A stretch of 64,000 nucleotides of DNA from Ginglymostoma cirratum (lineage: Eukaryota): assembly GCA_024137785.1 (NCBI GenBank), contig JAHRHZ010000004.1:8588328-8652327 (forward strand). Reading direction: 5' to 3'. The position numbers and the translations under genes were made by a program. Below the pieces are notes generated by a model. The model had not been told where the DNA came from and made no database searches. It saw nothing but the letters and a program-made list of their open reading frames with translations. Within the stretch, counting starts at the first letter, position 1. Every line of letters starts with the position of its first letter. This document shows, in pieces, positions 23,246 through 35,134 of the stretch.

Positions 23246-23684
23246 TAAATCCCAATTAATATGTCTTTCCCCTTTGAGATATGTCAGCATCGAGCCCTTT
23301 CAGCCTGATTACAATATCTACCTCTTTAAATCCACTTGGATTATTCTTGCAATGTGCTACTGTTCAGCGCTCTGATTATTTCACACAAGTATTCATTTCA
23401 GTGTATTTATCTTCATTGCTCAACCTTCATTACATTTTAATTGCATTGACACTCTTTAAGCTTCTCCTCTTAACTGTGACTGAACTTTAAGAACTCGAAG
23501 AATTACTAGCTACAGTTTTCAATATCAACAATTACACTTCTCCAGACAACATTCTCACTCATTGTCCTTTTGAACTGACCCTGAAGTTTCCTGACCTCCT
23601 TCCTCTAACCCTTTAAAGATGGACTTCTATTGAAGGTGTTCATCAGTGTTTTTCAACCTGGCTGTGGGCACAGCTGATGTATTA

Positions 23685-24200
23685 GGAGAGGTGATGTCCT
23701 AATGGTATTATTGCTGGATTGTTAATTCAGAGGCTGAAGTAATGTTCTGGAGACTGGGTTTCGAATCCTGCCATGGCAGATGGTGCAATTTTGAATTCGA
23801 TTTTTAAAAAAATCTGGGATTAAGGGGTCTAATGACCACAAATCCATTGCCAGGGAAAAACCTGTCTCATTCACTAATCCCCTTTGGGGAAGGAAACTGC
23901 CATCTTTACCTGGAGATAGCAAGAACTGCAGATGCTGGTGTCAGAGACAACACAATGTGGAGCTGGAGGAACACAGCAGGTCAGTCGACGTTCTGAAATG
24001 TCGACTTTCCTACTCCTCTGATGCAGCCTGACCTGCTGTGTTTCTCTAGCTTTGTTGTCTCTGCCATCTTTACCTGGTCTGGCCTATGTGACTCCAGACC
24101 CCTAGCAATTTGGTTGACTCCTAACTGCCCTCTGGGCAATTAGAGATGGTCAGTAAATGCTGGCCTCGCCAGAGATGCTGTCATCCTGTAAATAAGTAAA
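23685..24200 (+). mobile_element. tRNA-derived SINE family B, interrupted by PLE fold-back
   Basis: 'gggtttcgaatcctgccatggcagatggtg...ctgccctctgggcaattagagatgg'. Confidence 0.8.
23914..24060. mobile_element. PLE-derived fold-back insertion
   Basis: Perfect 17-bp TSD ctgccatctttacctgg 23897-23913 / 24061-24077; inverted arms 'aacacagcaggtcag' / 'ctgacctgctgtgtt'. Confidence 0.9.
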
Positions 24201-24391
24201 TTCTGTGATATTCCCCTCACATTTGCAGATTTTTTTTAAAAAAATTAATTCAATTTTAATTACTATCTTCTATTTTGACAACGTTGAGAACAGTATCACC
24301 ATTCTCCTCCACAATCATGTTTGCGATTTTTATAATCTGATGTTGCTTGAGGGAATCATTCTCCTGCATTTTCATCAAACATAGATTTTCT

Positions 24392-24654
24392 AACGTTTTA
24401 GAGTAGATTTATAGCTTGGGTTGTGGGTGTTGAGGTCGGTTGGCTCGCCGAGCTGGTTTGTTTTTCCGCAGATGTTTCATTGCCGTGCCGGGTAATATCA
24501 TCACTGCAGCCTCTGATGAATCGCTGTTGTGTTTTCCCACCTGTTATTTAAACACAACGGCGCTTCGTCAGAGGCTGCACTGAAGATGTTACCCAGCAGG
24601 GTAATGAAACTTCTGCAGAACAACCAACCAGCTCAGCGAGCCAATCAACCAGAA
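24392..24654. mobile_element. Poseidon-type PLE fold-back insertion with two opposed hammerhead-like cores
   Basis: Perfect 16-bp TSD caaacatagattttct 24376-24391 / 24655-24670; roughly 95-bp inverted arms. Confidence 0.9.
24575..24618 (+). ncRNA. Hammerhead ribozyme-like motif (cleavage-site base altered)
   Basis: ctgca-CTGAAGA-t-gttaccc-agca-gggtaat-GAAA-C-TTC-tgcag: 5-bp stem I, 7-bp stem II. Confidence 0.55.
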
Positions 24655-24694
24655 CAAACATAGATTTTCTTTCAACTTTTTCTGTATAAGAAAG

Positions 24695-24828
24695 TTTAGG
24701 GAATGAAACTTCCATCCTTACCTGGTCTGGCCTACATGTGACTCCAAACCTACAGCAATGTGGTTGATTCTTAACTGCCCTCTGGGCAATCAGTGTTGGC
24801 CGTATCCTGTTAATGAATTAAAACAAAA
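24695..24828 (+). mobile_element. SINE family B 3' part
   Basis: 'ccttacctggtctggcctacatgtgactcca...ctgccctctgggcaat'. Confidence 0.75.
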
Positions 24829-24929
24829 TGTTGGAAGTAGTCTGATGCCATTCACTATTGCTTCCATATTGCTTATACTTCCACTGGGTCACATACTGTT
24901 GCTGAGTTGAGAGTGTCCTTAGATGTCAT

Positions 24930-25147
24930 TGCATCCCTACAGTGCAGAAGGAGACCACTTAGCCCATCATGTCTGCACTGGCCCTCTGACAACATCCCTG
25001 GACGTCATGGGCAATTTAGCATGGTCTATCCACCTAACCTGCGCATCTTTGGACTGTGGGAAGAAACCCACGCAGAGAGTGTGTAAACTCCACATAGGCA
25101 GTCACCTAGGTCCCTGGCACTGTGCTAAACACAGAGCGACCATGCCA
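24930..25147 (-). mobile_element. HE1 SINE (internally deleted)
   Basis: 'gggcaatttagcatggtctatccacctaacctgcgcatctttggactgtggg'. Confidence 0.8.
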
Positions 25148-25225
25148 CAAGCACGTCTCTCAAAAGCAGATGCAATGTTTTGGAAACCTGGGCAGGTGCT
25201 GTGTGCCGTAATTCTCTCAGTAGGT

Positions 25226-25465
25226 GGATTTGTGTGGGTTTCCTCTGGGTGCTCCAGTTTCCTCTGGGTGCTCCGGTTTCCTCCCACAGTCCAAAGATGT
25301 GCAGGTGAGGTGGATTGGCCATGCTAAATTACCCGTAGTGTCCAGGAATGTGTAGATTAGGTGCGTTATGAGGGATGGGTCTGGGCGGGATGCCCTGAGA
25401 GTCGGTGTGGACTTGTTGGGCCGAAGGGCCTGTTTCCACACTGTAGGGATTCTATGATCTATGAT
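25226..25465 (+). mobile_element. HE1 SINE, 5'-truncated, with short internal tandem duplication
   Basis: 'gtttcctctgggtgctcc' repeated twice; tail 'ttctatgatctatgat'. Confidence 0.85.
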
Positions 25466-26070
25466 CATAAAAAGGAGCAAAACAGTGTCCTTTCCACTGG
25501 AGCACCATCTGCTACTAGCTGCAGCGTGCTGTTTGCATATTTCACTTTTTGAAAGCATGTGCCATGTGGTCCATATTGTTAAACTCCACAGTGTGCTCTT
25601 CCATCTCCTAGTACACACTCTCAGTCAATAGGGCACAGATAATGGAATATGAATGATCAAATACGATGCTTTTTGGCACAAGGCAAAACTTCAGCAATGA
25701 ATCAATGGTGTAGAAGCTCTGGTCCACTTTGGAGTTGCCAAGTCAACAATCAACCATTGGATGCTAAGATTTGAGGTTGGTCCTTGTACCTCATCAGCTA
25801 AATTGCAAAGAATTTTGTACATGAGTGTCCAGATTCTCTCTCACTCCTATTTGCACCTCCTCCAGGAATCATACAGTCTACGATTCCAATGATGTAAACT
25901 ATACTGAAAAAGAAAAAGTATTTTAAAGTTCAGTCACTTTAACTTGAATAAAATGCAATTTGCAGAGCTCTGGGGAAAGAAACAAGGGAATAAGACCAGT
26001 TGAGCTGCTCTTGCAGGGAGTGAACATGGTGGGCTGAATGGAGACCATCTCTGCCACCATTCTGTGATTT

Positions 26071-26355
26071 TAAGACCGTAAGATGTAGGGGCAAAAGTAG
26101 GCCATTCAGCCCATTAAGTTTGCTGCACCATTCAATAAGATCGTTCCTGATCTAATAATCCTCAACTCCACTTTATTGTCTTTTTCTCCATAATCCCTGA
26201 TTCCCTTTATTGATTAATCATTGTCTATCTCAGCATTGAATATATTTAATGACAGCAGTCCTCTGCTTTAAAGACTTCAATAGATTCACTACGCTCTGAG
26301 AGAAGAAAGTCCTCCCAATCTCCCTTTTAAATGTGTGACCCTTTGTTCTGAGTTT
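26071..26355 (-). mobile_element. CR1 3' fragment, tail-to-tail with a CR1 tail at ~25955-26068 (+)
   Basis: 'taagatgtaggggcaaaagtaggccattcagccc...agattcactacgctctgagagaagaaa'. Confidence 0.8.
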
Positions 26356-26955
26356 CAAACTGGATTTCGCACTTTATCAGTATTTTAAACACTGGGCTTC
26401 TTTTATATTGAAGTGACTGCAATAGAGGCAGACAAACCAGCCATTCTGTGCCAGTAGTTTAGTGAGATTAGATCTGTAATGATCACCGTGTAGACCAACC
26501 TGAAGAATTGGTTACAGGGTGGGAACTGTTAACATTCACCTGAGCAAAGTGGGTCATTCACCTGGGTTTGAACCCAAGAGCAAAATATGGTGTCAGGAGT
26601 ATTAGGCTCTTGTGTTTAAATTAGGCAATTTGCTGCCCATGAAACACTCCAGGATGCTCTGAGGACATTAGAAAGCATATATAAATATAAACTGTCTCTG
26701 CACTAGCATATCAGCCTGGATTAACCTGTTTAATATGGACCCATAAGCTTCACATCACGATGGCATTACCATCATTTATGAAAAAGATCATTTTGAACAG
26801 GAACAGAGGAAAAAAGTGACTTTGTAAATGGTCAGGTTTATGAGGGGAACACCGTTCATTAAACATTAAATTACTGAATGGAGTGTCAGCATTTGTGGTT
26901 GGTTCCAGATGCCAAATAGGGAGAGAACTGGTAGAATGCATTTTCCAGTAGGATG

Positions 26956-27320
26956 GAGGAAGTGATGGTGTAGCGGTGATGTCACTTCACTAGTGATGCA
27001 GAACCCGAGGCTAATGTTTGCAGGACATTGGTTTAAGTCCCATCATAGTGGATGGTGGCATTTAAATTCATTGAAAATCTGGAGTTACAAACTAGCCTAA
27101 TGGCCACTATGTAACTAGTGTCAATTGTTGCCAAAGCCCAATTGGTTCACAAATGACCTCCTTTGGGAAGGAAATCCTATTCTTGTATGATTTGGCTTCT
27201 GTGACTCTAGCCCCATAGCAATGCAGTTGACTCATAAGTGCTCACTGGGCAATGAGGTATAGACAATAAACACTGAACTAGGCAGTGTCACTGACATCCC
27301 ATGAGTAAATATATAAAAGA
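26956..27320 (+). mobile_element. tRNA-derived SINE family B
   Basis: 'gatggtgtagcggtgatgtcact...tttgggaaggaaatc...gacatcccatgagtaaat'. Confidence 0.75.
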
Positions 27321-27895
27321 AGCCCAGTAGAATGTGAATATGATTGGAATATTCCTACAACAATGACCACATTTCAAAAGCACTACAATGGCTGGAAAGT
27401 GTCCTGAGGTCATGAAAGATGCTAAATAATATTTCTTTTTGTTCATAGGACTGTTGCTGGCAGGGCTGGTAGTTCTTACACCTCCCTAATTGCCCCTGAG
27501 AATGTGATGGCAGGCTGCCTACTTGAACTAAGGCAGTTGATGTGGGATGTCATTAAACCTACAGTGCTGTTAGGGAGCAAGTTCCAGGATTTTGATTCTG
27601 CGACGCTGAAGGAATGGCAATATATTTCTAAGAATCAACATTCCTTCTAGCCACCCCACAGCTCTGAGGTTCCTCTAAGGCATGCCAATGCGTTGACTTC
27701 CTGTTTCAGAATTCAGTGCCACATATGGGCCTTGGAGATCTGCGCACCCAAACAAAAATTAGAGGGTATAGTGGTCAGACTGGTATTTGGCTTGAAGGGG
27801 AAGTTGCAGATGAAGTATGGTGAGCCTTAGGGGCTGAATGGCCTGTTAAATCGGAAAGTTTACAGAAACACTCAATTGAAACTTACCACAATTAC

Positions 27896-28214
27896 AGCAG
27901 TACAGTGGCTTAGTGGTTAGCACTGCTGCCTTAGTGCCAGGGATCCAGGTTCAGTTCCAGCCTTGGCAACTCTTGTGGAGTCTACACATTCCCCCAGTGC
28001 CTGCATGGGTTTCCTCCCACAGTCTGAAGGCAGTTAGGTGGATTGGCCATGCTGAAATTTCCCATAATGTCCGGGGATCTGCAGGCTTGGTGGATTAGCC
28101 ATGGGAATTGCAGGGTTACAGGGATGGGGTGGGTCTGAATGGAATGCTCTTTGGAGTGTTAGTGAGGACTCAAAGGGCTGAATGGCCTGCTTTCACACTG
28201 TAGGGGTTCTGTGA
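27896..28214 (+). mobile_element. HE1 SINE
   Basis: 'gtggttagcactgctgcc...ggattggccatgctg...gtaggggttctgtga'. Confidence 0.85.
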
Positions 28215-28490
28215 TACCATAATGTCAATCCCAGGGGTCCTGTTGCACCCCAGCCCCCATAAGGCTCACCTATCCTAGAAGGCATGTTTTTATGCTTAAG
28301 CACTAAATTCACAAACGATTGAGTATCCCCGGTGGAGAATTGCAACAGAATCTCAAATGGTGAACACACACTTGTAAGTTTCCATTCATTTTTTTAAAAT
28401 ACTAAACCAAAATCTGGGGTGATATGAACCCTCCCAAATGTGTCTGAATTGAGCTACGTGCTTCATGATCGTAGCCCCCACATTCCACCA

Positions 28491-28799
28491 CAGCACAGCG
28501 GCTCAGTGATTAGCACTGCTGCCTCGCAGTGCCAGGGACCCGGGTTCGATTCCACCCTCTGGTGACTGTCTGTGTGGAGTTTGTACATTCGCCCTGTGTC
28601 TGTGTGAGTTGCCTCCTGGTGCTCTGGTTTCCTCCCACAGTCCAATGATGTGCAGGCTAGGTGGATTGGCCATGCTTAATTGCCTGTAGTATTCAGGGAT
28701 GTGTAGATTAGGTGGATGGGTCTGGGTGGGATACTCTGATAGTCGGTGTGGACTTGTTGGGCTGAAGGGCCTGTTTCCACACTGTAGGGATTCTATGAT
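28491..28799 (+). mobile_element. HE1 SINE, full length
   Basis: Intact B-box 'gggttcgattcc', V-domain, tail. Confidence 0.9.
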
Positions 28800-28924
28800 T
28801 CTGGCTGTTGGGACAGCTCAATCTATGCCTGTTCCCATTCCAGGACGTAGCTGCATCTGGAATGCTAAAACTGCTCATCCCGCTGGCTATCCCTGTGAAC
28901 TTCCTCACCTGTACCAGGCAGGTT

Positions 28925-29101
28925 TGGTGTGAGGCTGGAAAAGCACAACAGGTCAAACAGCATCCAAGGAGAAGGAAAATAAACGCTTCAGCCCAAAATG
29001 TTGACTTTCTTGCTCCTCGGATGCTGTCTGACCTGCTGTGTGCTTTTCCAGCCTCACACCTATAGACTCTAGCTTCCAGCATCTGCAGTCCTTATTGTCT
29101 T
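28925..29101. mobile_element. PLE-derived fold-back insertion
   Basis: Arms 'ggtgtgaggctggaaaagcacaacaggtca' / 'tgacctgctgtgtgcttttccagcctcacacc'; TSD only weak (caggtttg/cagatttg). Confidence 0.8.
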
Positions 29102-30107
29102 CAGATTTGAGGTAAGGATGTTAGTAGAATTGAATGCATGCAACTACCATGAGAGATTGAATGAATAACCTGCAGCTCGCTCTTATTCTCAGGAAAGTCA
29201 GACTGCCTGACCCACTGAGCATTCTCCACACTGTCTTGCTCTCACGTTTCTAGCATTGACAATATTCCTTTTGTTGTAGACAGGAGATCTGGTAGAGCTG
29301 TTTAACATCACACAGTGTTTGAATAGAGTGGAGGTGGATAAACTATTGTCTTGTGCCTGGTCACTGGTCTGGAATAAGGAGGCACAAATATAAAGTAGCT
29401 GCAAATTGATCGAAGGAAGAATTTCGAAAGTGCCATTAAATTGTCAATGATTAGTCGTTTTGAAATTCTGACTCAACAAGTGCTTAGCATTTTTTTTCAA
29501 AATTAACGGCCTAGCCTTTGCATGTGAAAGGTATGGAGATAATTTCCTGAAAAGCAGATGACATTTTAAAAATTTACATCGAAGTGTTGCCTAAACAACT
29601 AGAATTGGGTTTGGGCGGGGTATCTACTTCATGAAAGGGCTTCTCGAACTAACTTCTTGTGTTGTGCTGAAGTATTTTAACTATGTACAATGTTTAAAAA
29701 TTAGCAGTACTGAAGTCAGTCATTTAGAACGATAAAAAAGAAGCAGTCAGTTGTGGCCCCAAGGAGTACCTCTGTCTTTTTAGTTTTTAACAAAGGGTTT
29801 AGCGGATGCAGAGCCCAAGGGGAAACAGTGGTGAATTTATTTAGCGGGGGCTGTCAGCATCTCCATAATCACTTAGGCCCTGTAGGTTTTTTTTGTTAGA
29901 TTTCCTCTTGTGGAATCTTGCTAAACAAACATCTTATCCAAGTGTGGAATTCCAGTATAGTCACTAATTGCTTGTTTTATCTGCTTTTAACTTTGTATGC
30001 CTTCCTTTGCTGTCTTGACTGTAGTAACCATTTCACAGAATTGTAAACCACCTGCCTTTGAAATATTTCTTAAGGCACTTGCATCGCAAGACAGTTATCA
30101 TCAGCAG

Positions 30108-30339
30108 AGATAGTAGGAACTGCCGATGCTGGAGAATCTGAGACAACAAGGTGTAGAGCTGGATGAACACAGCAGGCCAAGCAGCATCAGAGGAGCAGGA
30201 AAGCTGACGTTTCGGGTCTAGACCCTTCCTCAGAAAAAAGTTTTTTCTTAAGAAGAGTCTAGACCCGAAACGTCAGCTTTCTTGCTCCTCTGGTGCTGCT
30301 TGGCCTGTTGTGTTCGTCCAGCTCTACACCTTATTGTCT
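30108..30339. mobile_element. PLE-derived fold-back insertion with ~100-bp arms
   Basis: TSD cagttatcatcagcag 30092-30107 / cagttatcataaacag 30340-30355. Confidence 0.9.
30206..30233 (-). ncRNA. Minimal hammerhead ribozyme motif
   Basis: Reverse complement reads CTGAGGA-a-gggtctagaccc-GAAA-C-GTC; opposite-arm copy 30247-30274 is mutated (CTTAAGA). Confidence 0.6.
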
Positions 30340-30658
30340 CAGTTATCATAAACAGGTAGAAATAATCTGGTCGACTGGCACTAACTAGGGAGTGTAACCT
30401 CTGCCACTAGGAGCGATGATCTTAGTGTCTTCTCCAATCTGCTGAGCTCTGACGATTGCGTTCTAACAGAGTGGAGCTGCGGGTCAGTGTGTCATTGTTC
30501 CTGCAGAGTACAATAACAGCTTAAGTTTACATGGCGTTTCAATGTGGCTAAGTGGGCCCCAAGCTGCCTCACAGAAACTCGACAAAAGTCAACACTGAGC
30601 CACAGGCAATGTTCGGAGATATGGTAACTTTTGGTGAAACAGGTGAGTTGCAGGAATT

Positions 30659-30861
30659 ATAGAAGCCCTACATTGTGAAAATAGGCCCTTCAGCCCAACA
30701 AGTCCACACCGACCCTCAGAACATCCCACCCAGACTCATCCCCCTAATCTATACATCCTTGGACACCACGGGCAATTTTGCCTGGCCAATCCACCCAGCC
30801 TTTGGACTGTGGGAGGAAACCGGAGCACCTGAAGGAAACTCACACAGATGCGGGGAGAATG
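30659..30861 (-). mobile_element. HE1 SINE, 5'-truncated, inserted in an L2-like relic
   Basis: 'caacaagtccacaccgaccctc...tttggactgtgggaggaaaccggagcac'. Confidence 0.85.
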
Positions 30862-31084
30862 GGGAGTGCGAGTAAAGGCAGAGTGGAAGGCAGAGAAGAC
30901 TTGGTAAGGAATTCTAGGGCACAGGAGTAGTGAAGGGAATGGGATGGTAAGCCAGATGGCCATGGTTGAGCGATGCAGAGTTCTTTGAGGGAATGTGAGT
31001 GGAGTCATGATGAGAAATTGAGCTGTGGTCTCAGTGCACTGTGGTGTTTGCCCCAGTGACCGCCTACATCACTCTAATTTCATA

Positions 31085-32732
31085 ACAACAAGAATGAGAG
31101 GGCATAGATTAAAGTAAGCTTCAAAAGAAGCAAGGGTGAAGCAAGGAGAAACATTTTTACTCAGTGAGCGGCTCGAGTATGGAATACACTGCTGGGAAAT
31201 GTGTCGAAGGCAGGTTTCAGTTGAGGCATTCAGGAGAAACATTGGATGATTTGGAGACAGTAAGGTCTGCAAATGTTGGAAGTTGGAGCCAATAAATGTG
31301 GAGCTGGAAGAGCACAGCAGGTCAGACAGCATCTGAGGAGCCTGGGGAGGGGTAGGGGAGCCCAGCAATAAGTGGAGGGGGTGGGGCTGGGGGTAGGGTA
31401 AGTGGGATGGAGACAGGTGGATGTAGATAGGGGTTTATTATTGATGGGAAGTGGGAAGGATGGAGTGGATACGTGAGTCGGAAGATGGACAGGTTGGGAG
31501 TGGAGAGATTATGAAGCTGGTGAAGTCAATATTCAGGCCACTGGGCTGTAAGCTCCCAGGGTGAAATATCAGGTGTTGTTCCTCCAGTTTACGTTTGGCC
31601 TCACTCTGACAGTGGAGGAGGCCCAGGATGGACATGTCACCAGAGGAGTGGAGGGGAAGTTAAAGTGGATGGCAACCAGAAGTTTAGGTTAGTTGGTGCA
31701 TGCAGAGCACAGGTGCTCCACAAACCAGTCCCGGCGTATCCATTTATGGCCTCTCTGATATAGAGGAGACCACTTCAGGAGCAACGGATACAGTAGATGA
31801 GGTTAGATGAAGTGCAGGTGAATCTCTGTCAGATTTGGAAGGATTGTGTGGGGCTTTGGACAGCGATGAGAGGGGAGGTGTAGGGACAGGTATAGCACCT
31901 CCTGCGGTTGCAAGGAAAGGTACTGGGTGTGGTGGAGGCATTGGTGGGACGTGTGGAGCTGACGGGGACGTCGCGGAGTGAATGGTCCCTGCAGAAAATG
32001 GACAGGGTTGGGGAGGGAAATGTCTTTTTGGTGGTGGGGTCTGATTGTAGGTGGTGGAAATGTCGGAGGATGATGTTTTGTATTCGGAGGTTGATGGGGT
32101 GGTATGTGAGGACTAAGGGACTTTATCCTTGTTGTTTTGGGGAGAAGGTTTGAGGGCAGAAGCACGGGAAATGGGGGAGATGAAGTTGAGGGTATCCTTA
32201 ATAACAGAGGAGGGGAAATTATGGTCCCTAAAGTAGGAGGATAACTGGGAAGTCCTAGAGTATAACGCCTCATCCTGGGAGCTGGTGCAGCGGAAGAATT
32301 GAGAGTATGGGGTTTTTTTGCAGAAGGGTGGGTGAGAGGAGGTGCAGTCGAGGTAATTGTGGGAGTCAATTGGTTTGAAATAGATGTCAATGGTGAGTCA
32401 GTTACTGGAGATGGAGATGGAGACGGAGAGGTCCAGGAAGGAGAGAGAGGTGTCAGAAATAGTCCAGGTGAATTTGAGGACAGGGTGGAAAGTGGTGACA
32501 AAGTTGTTGAACTGTTCGAGTTCCTCCTGGAAGCATGAGGCAGCACCGATAAAGTCGTCAGTGTTGTGGAAAAAGAGGTGTGGAATGGTATCGGTCTAGT
32601 TATTTGGATAGAAATAGTGTGTTGGGATATGGGGGAAAGCAGGAGATTGGCAGTAGGGAACGATGCTCATCTGCAGAGCTGGTACAGGATAATAGATCAA
32701 GTGGCCTCTTCTCCAGTGTAATAATTCTGTGA
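31085..32732 (+). mobile_element. CR1 3' end split by PLE (31085-31253 and 32596-32732)
   Basis: 'gaatgagagggcatagattaaag...tggaatacactgc' resumes 'atttggatagaaat...caagtggcctc...attctgtga'. Confidence 0.65.
31254..32595 (-). mobile_element. Penelope-like retroelement, 1.3-kb 3' part (RT C-terminus, GIY-YIG endonuclease, terminal repeat); frameshifted
   Basis: Relics 'DFIGAASC..ELEQFNNFVTTFHPVLKFTWTISDTSLSFLDLSVS', 'CTSSNLIYCIRCS..GLLYI', 'KRKLEEQHLIFHPGSLQPSGLNIDFTSF'. Confidence 0.9.
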
Positions 32733-33364
32733 CACTATAAGTTTGATATTGTCTGTATGGTACCCCAAAGCCCATGCATGACAGCAGCTTTGGAAACAGC
32801 ATTGGCAATCTGATCAGTGTGCAGGGGATGCTGATGACCACTTCTGGCTCTTTGTGGTATTTTCCCCCTCTACCACTGTCTGGTATTGGGCAAGAGCTCT
32901 GTGAGAGAATTCGCTGCCTCCAGTCCTATTTTGTATTTGCTTTAAGTCGGGCCTATCTAATGATTAGATACACCACCTGCTTGGGATATCTCCAGAAGAG
33001 ACACTGTTCTTGGATGACAAAGTTTATTGCTTGACAGCAATAAGTGGTCATATTTTGGTCCTACATAATGACCAAGATTTTAAGGAGCTGGTACGGATAC
33101 ATGTGTTTCCTCTGAAAGCTGAAGTAGAATTCTTCGTCTCCACTCACTAACTGGCTCTCACCATTCTACAAAATATTACATACAATGTAACATGAGCATT
33201 AACTCCTTCAGAACCAATATGTTGTACAACATGTGCCACTGGATTTAATCATTGTCCCTGATGTGGAAACCTCACTGTACAGTATGAGTGGCCGACTGAC
33301 TGGTATGTGAGAGTATTTTTTTACTGTTTGAATTGGCCTTATCGTTAGCTGGAACCTATTCACT

Positions 33365-33930
33365 ATACAGTTGAAGAGTCCGGTACTCTCAGCCCAACAG
33401 TTTATTTTGTGGTGCTGTGGAGTCCATGGACCATGATCGTGTTGGTTGTGGGCGATTGCCCTTTCAAGTATTGGAAAAATCTCTTGTTGTGTTTTTGGCT
33501 GCGCTTCAGCCCCATGGCTCCTGATCTTTGGGTACCCAGTGTGGAGGGTTACGGCCAGATCGGAGGACCTCCTCATGGGTCTGCTCCTGGGTCTGGCCAG
33601 ACTGGCTATAAAGAGGTCTGGACGGGGGGGAGGGCGGCTGGTGGTGATCTCTGCCAACTGTCTGCTGTGATTACATTCATGCCTTGGTGCCCTTGGAGAA
33701 GGAGCACATTGGTGTCCATCAGTGCTCTCGATGTCTTTAGAGGGAGCTGGGCACTGTGGAGGATATTGTGCTTTATTGCCCCCTCCAACTCCATTTTGAT
33801 TTAGCCTCTTCCGTCTCTCCCGACATCCCCCACCACCTTTGGTTTGCCTTGCCTATAATGGGCTTCGCTTGTAGATACGCAGTTGAATACACAGAGTTTT
33901 TTCCCACCATCGGTGGAATAAATGATAAAC
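33365..33930 (+). mobile_element. Tx1/L1-clade LINE ORF2 C-terminus and 3' UTR (frameshifted)
   Basis: Zinc-knuckle relic 'xLFCGAVESMDH...GC', then 'KNLLLCFWLRFSP', 'LLIFGYPV..RSEDLLMGLLLGLARLAIKRS', ending 'IAPSNSILI*' at 33804; AATAAA near 33917. Confidence 0.75.
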
Positions 33931-34804
33931 AAGAGCCATGTAAGAAGATGGTACTTCTCTCCCACCTTTACTTGGGTTGGGGCGGGGTGGGGGGGCATGA
34001 AATTTGCTACAAATCTTTGGAAGCTGGCTATCTCTTGGGCGTAGTAGCTGTGAATGTTTCAAATTGAGCTGTTAAGAGATACTGAACAAGTACAATTGCT
34101 GAGCAGTAATTCGGTGAAATGTCACATTTTGTGATCTTTATCCCAATTTCCTTGGAGCCATTACCTCCTCCACAGACTGCTAAAGATAAAAAGACAAAGG
34201 TGGTGTGAAATGAGCCCACGCAGTTTACAGAGTCTCCGGTTCAATCCCAAATCCGTGGGAAGTCGTTCCAAGTGAGGATTAACTTCCGGTCATGTGTGAG
34301 AAAATGAGTAACAGTTATTTATCTATTAAACAACAGCTGGTATGATAATGATATTGTTTGACCATTTGTGAAGAAGGATCAGAAATTTAAAATAAACAAT
34401 TTGAAGTAGGTCGTGGCGCACAGGAAAGTGGTGGGTGCAGTATTTCTGTTGCTCTCATGGGATATCTATTTAAACCCATTTCCTCCCATCCCCCCACCCC
34501 AAAACACTTCCTTGTTAACTATTCAATGTCAATTCAAGTTCTGTACATTTTAGTAGCAGACGTTCAATTGTGCTAAATTGGTTGTGAGGCTCCTACCATC
34601 CTGCAGTCTAAGGCTTGCAGAGACTTGTCAAATTTAGCAAGAATTTAAACATTTCTTTTCAGTTTTAGCTTCCACTTAAACAGCCTTTCTGTAATTTAAT
34701 GCGTGTCTCACTTGGCAACAGTTATCGCTCAGAGGATCGTTTCTGTACGAGTGAGTTAGTCATCTTTGCTTTTTATTTTTTTTCTCCTTTCTTGGGTACA
34801 GTGT

Positions 34805-35130
34805 TTTTTTTTGAAATTCACTCACGGGATGTGTGCATTGCTGGCCACGCCAGCATTTATTGCTCATCCCTAATTGCCCAGAGGCCAGTTAAGCATCAAC
34901 CATATTGCTGAGGGTCTGAAGTCACATATAGGCCAGACCAGGTAAGGATGGCAGATTTCCTTCCCAAAAGGGCAATTAATTAGTTAGTGAACCAGGTGAG
35001 TTTTTCTGACAATCAGCAAAGGTTTCATGGTCATTAGAACTTTAATTCCAGATTCATTTCATTGACTGACATTAGCTGAGTTTCTAGATTAATAGCCTAG
35101 TGGTAATATCACTAGGCCATTGCTTCCCCA
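34805..35130 (-). mobile_element. tRNA-derived SINE family B, near full length
   Basis: 'ggggaagcaatggcctagtgatattaccactagg' head and poly-A tail on minus strand. Confidence 0.85.
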
Positions 35131-35134
35131 CAAT

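Noticed and set aside
28491-28560. tRNA-like A/B boxes here and in other SINE heads
   Set aside because: They run straight into SINE bodies and lack a complete cloverleaf; not tRNA genes.
15017-30339. Hairpin inserts as classical DNA-transposon MITEs
   Set aside because: Arms are asymmetric, derive from PLE terminal repeats, breakpoints differ between copies and TSDs are long and not fixed.
31803-32546. 247-aa Pro/Ser/Thr-rich ORF resembling a mucin
   Set aside because: Off-frame reading of the C-rich strand of a decayed Penelope-like RT/endonuclease gene.
34722-34750. 29-nt CpG-containing micro-exon (caacag...gtgagt)
   Set aside because: Weak pyrimidine tract, not a multiple of three, peptide unrecognised.
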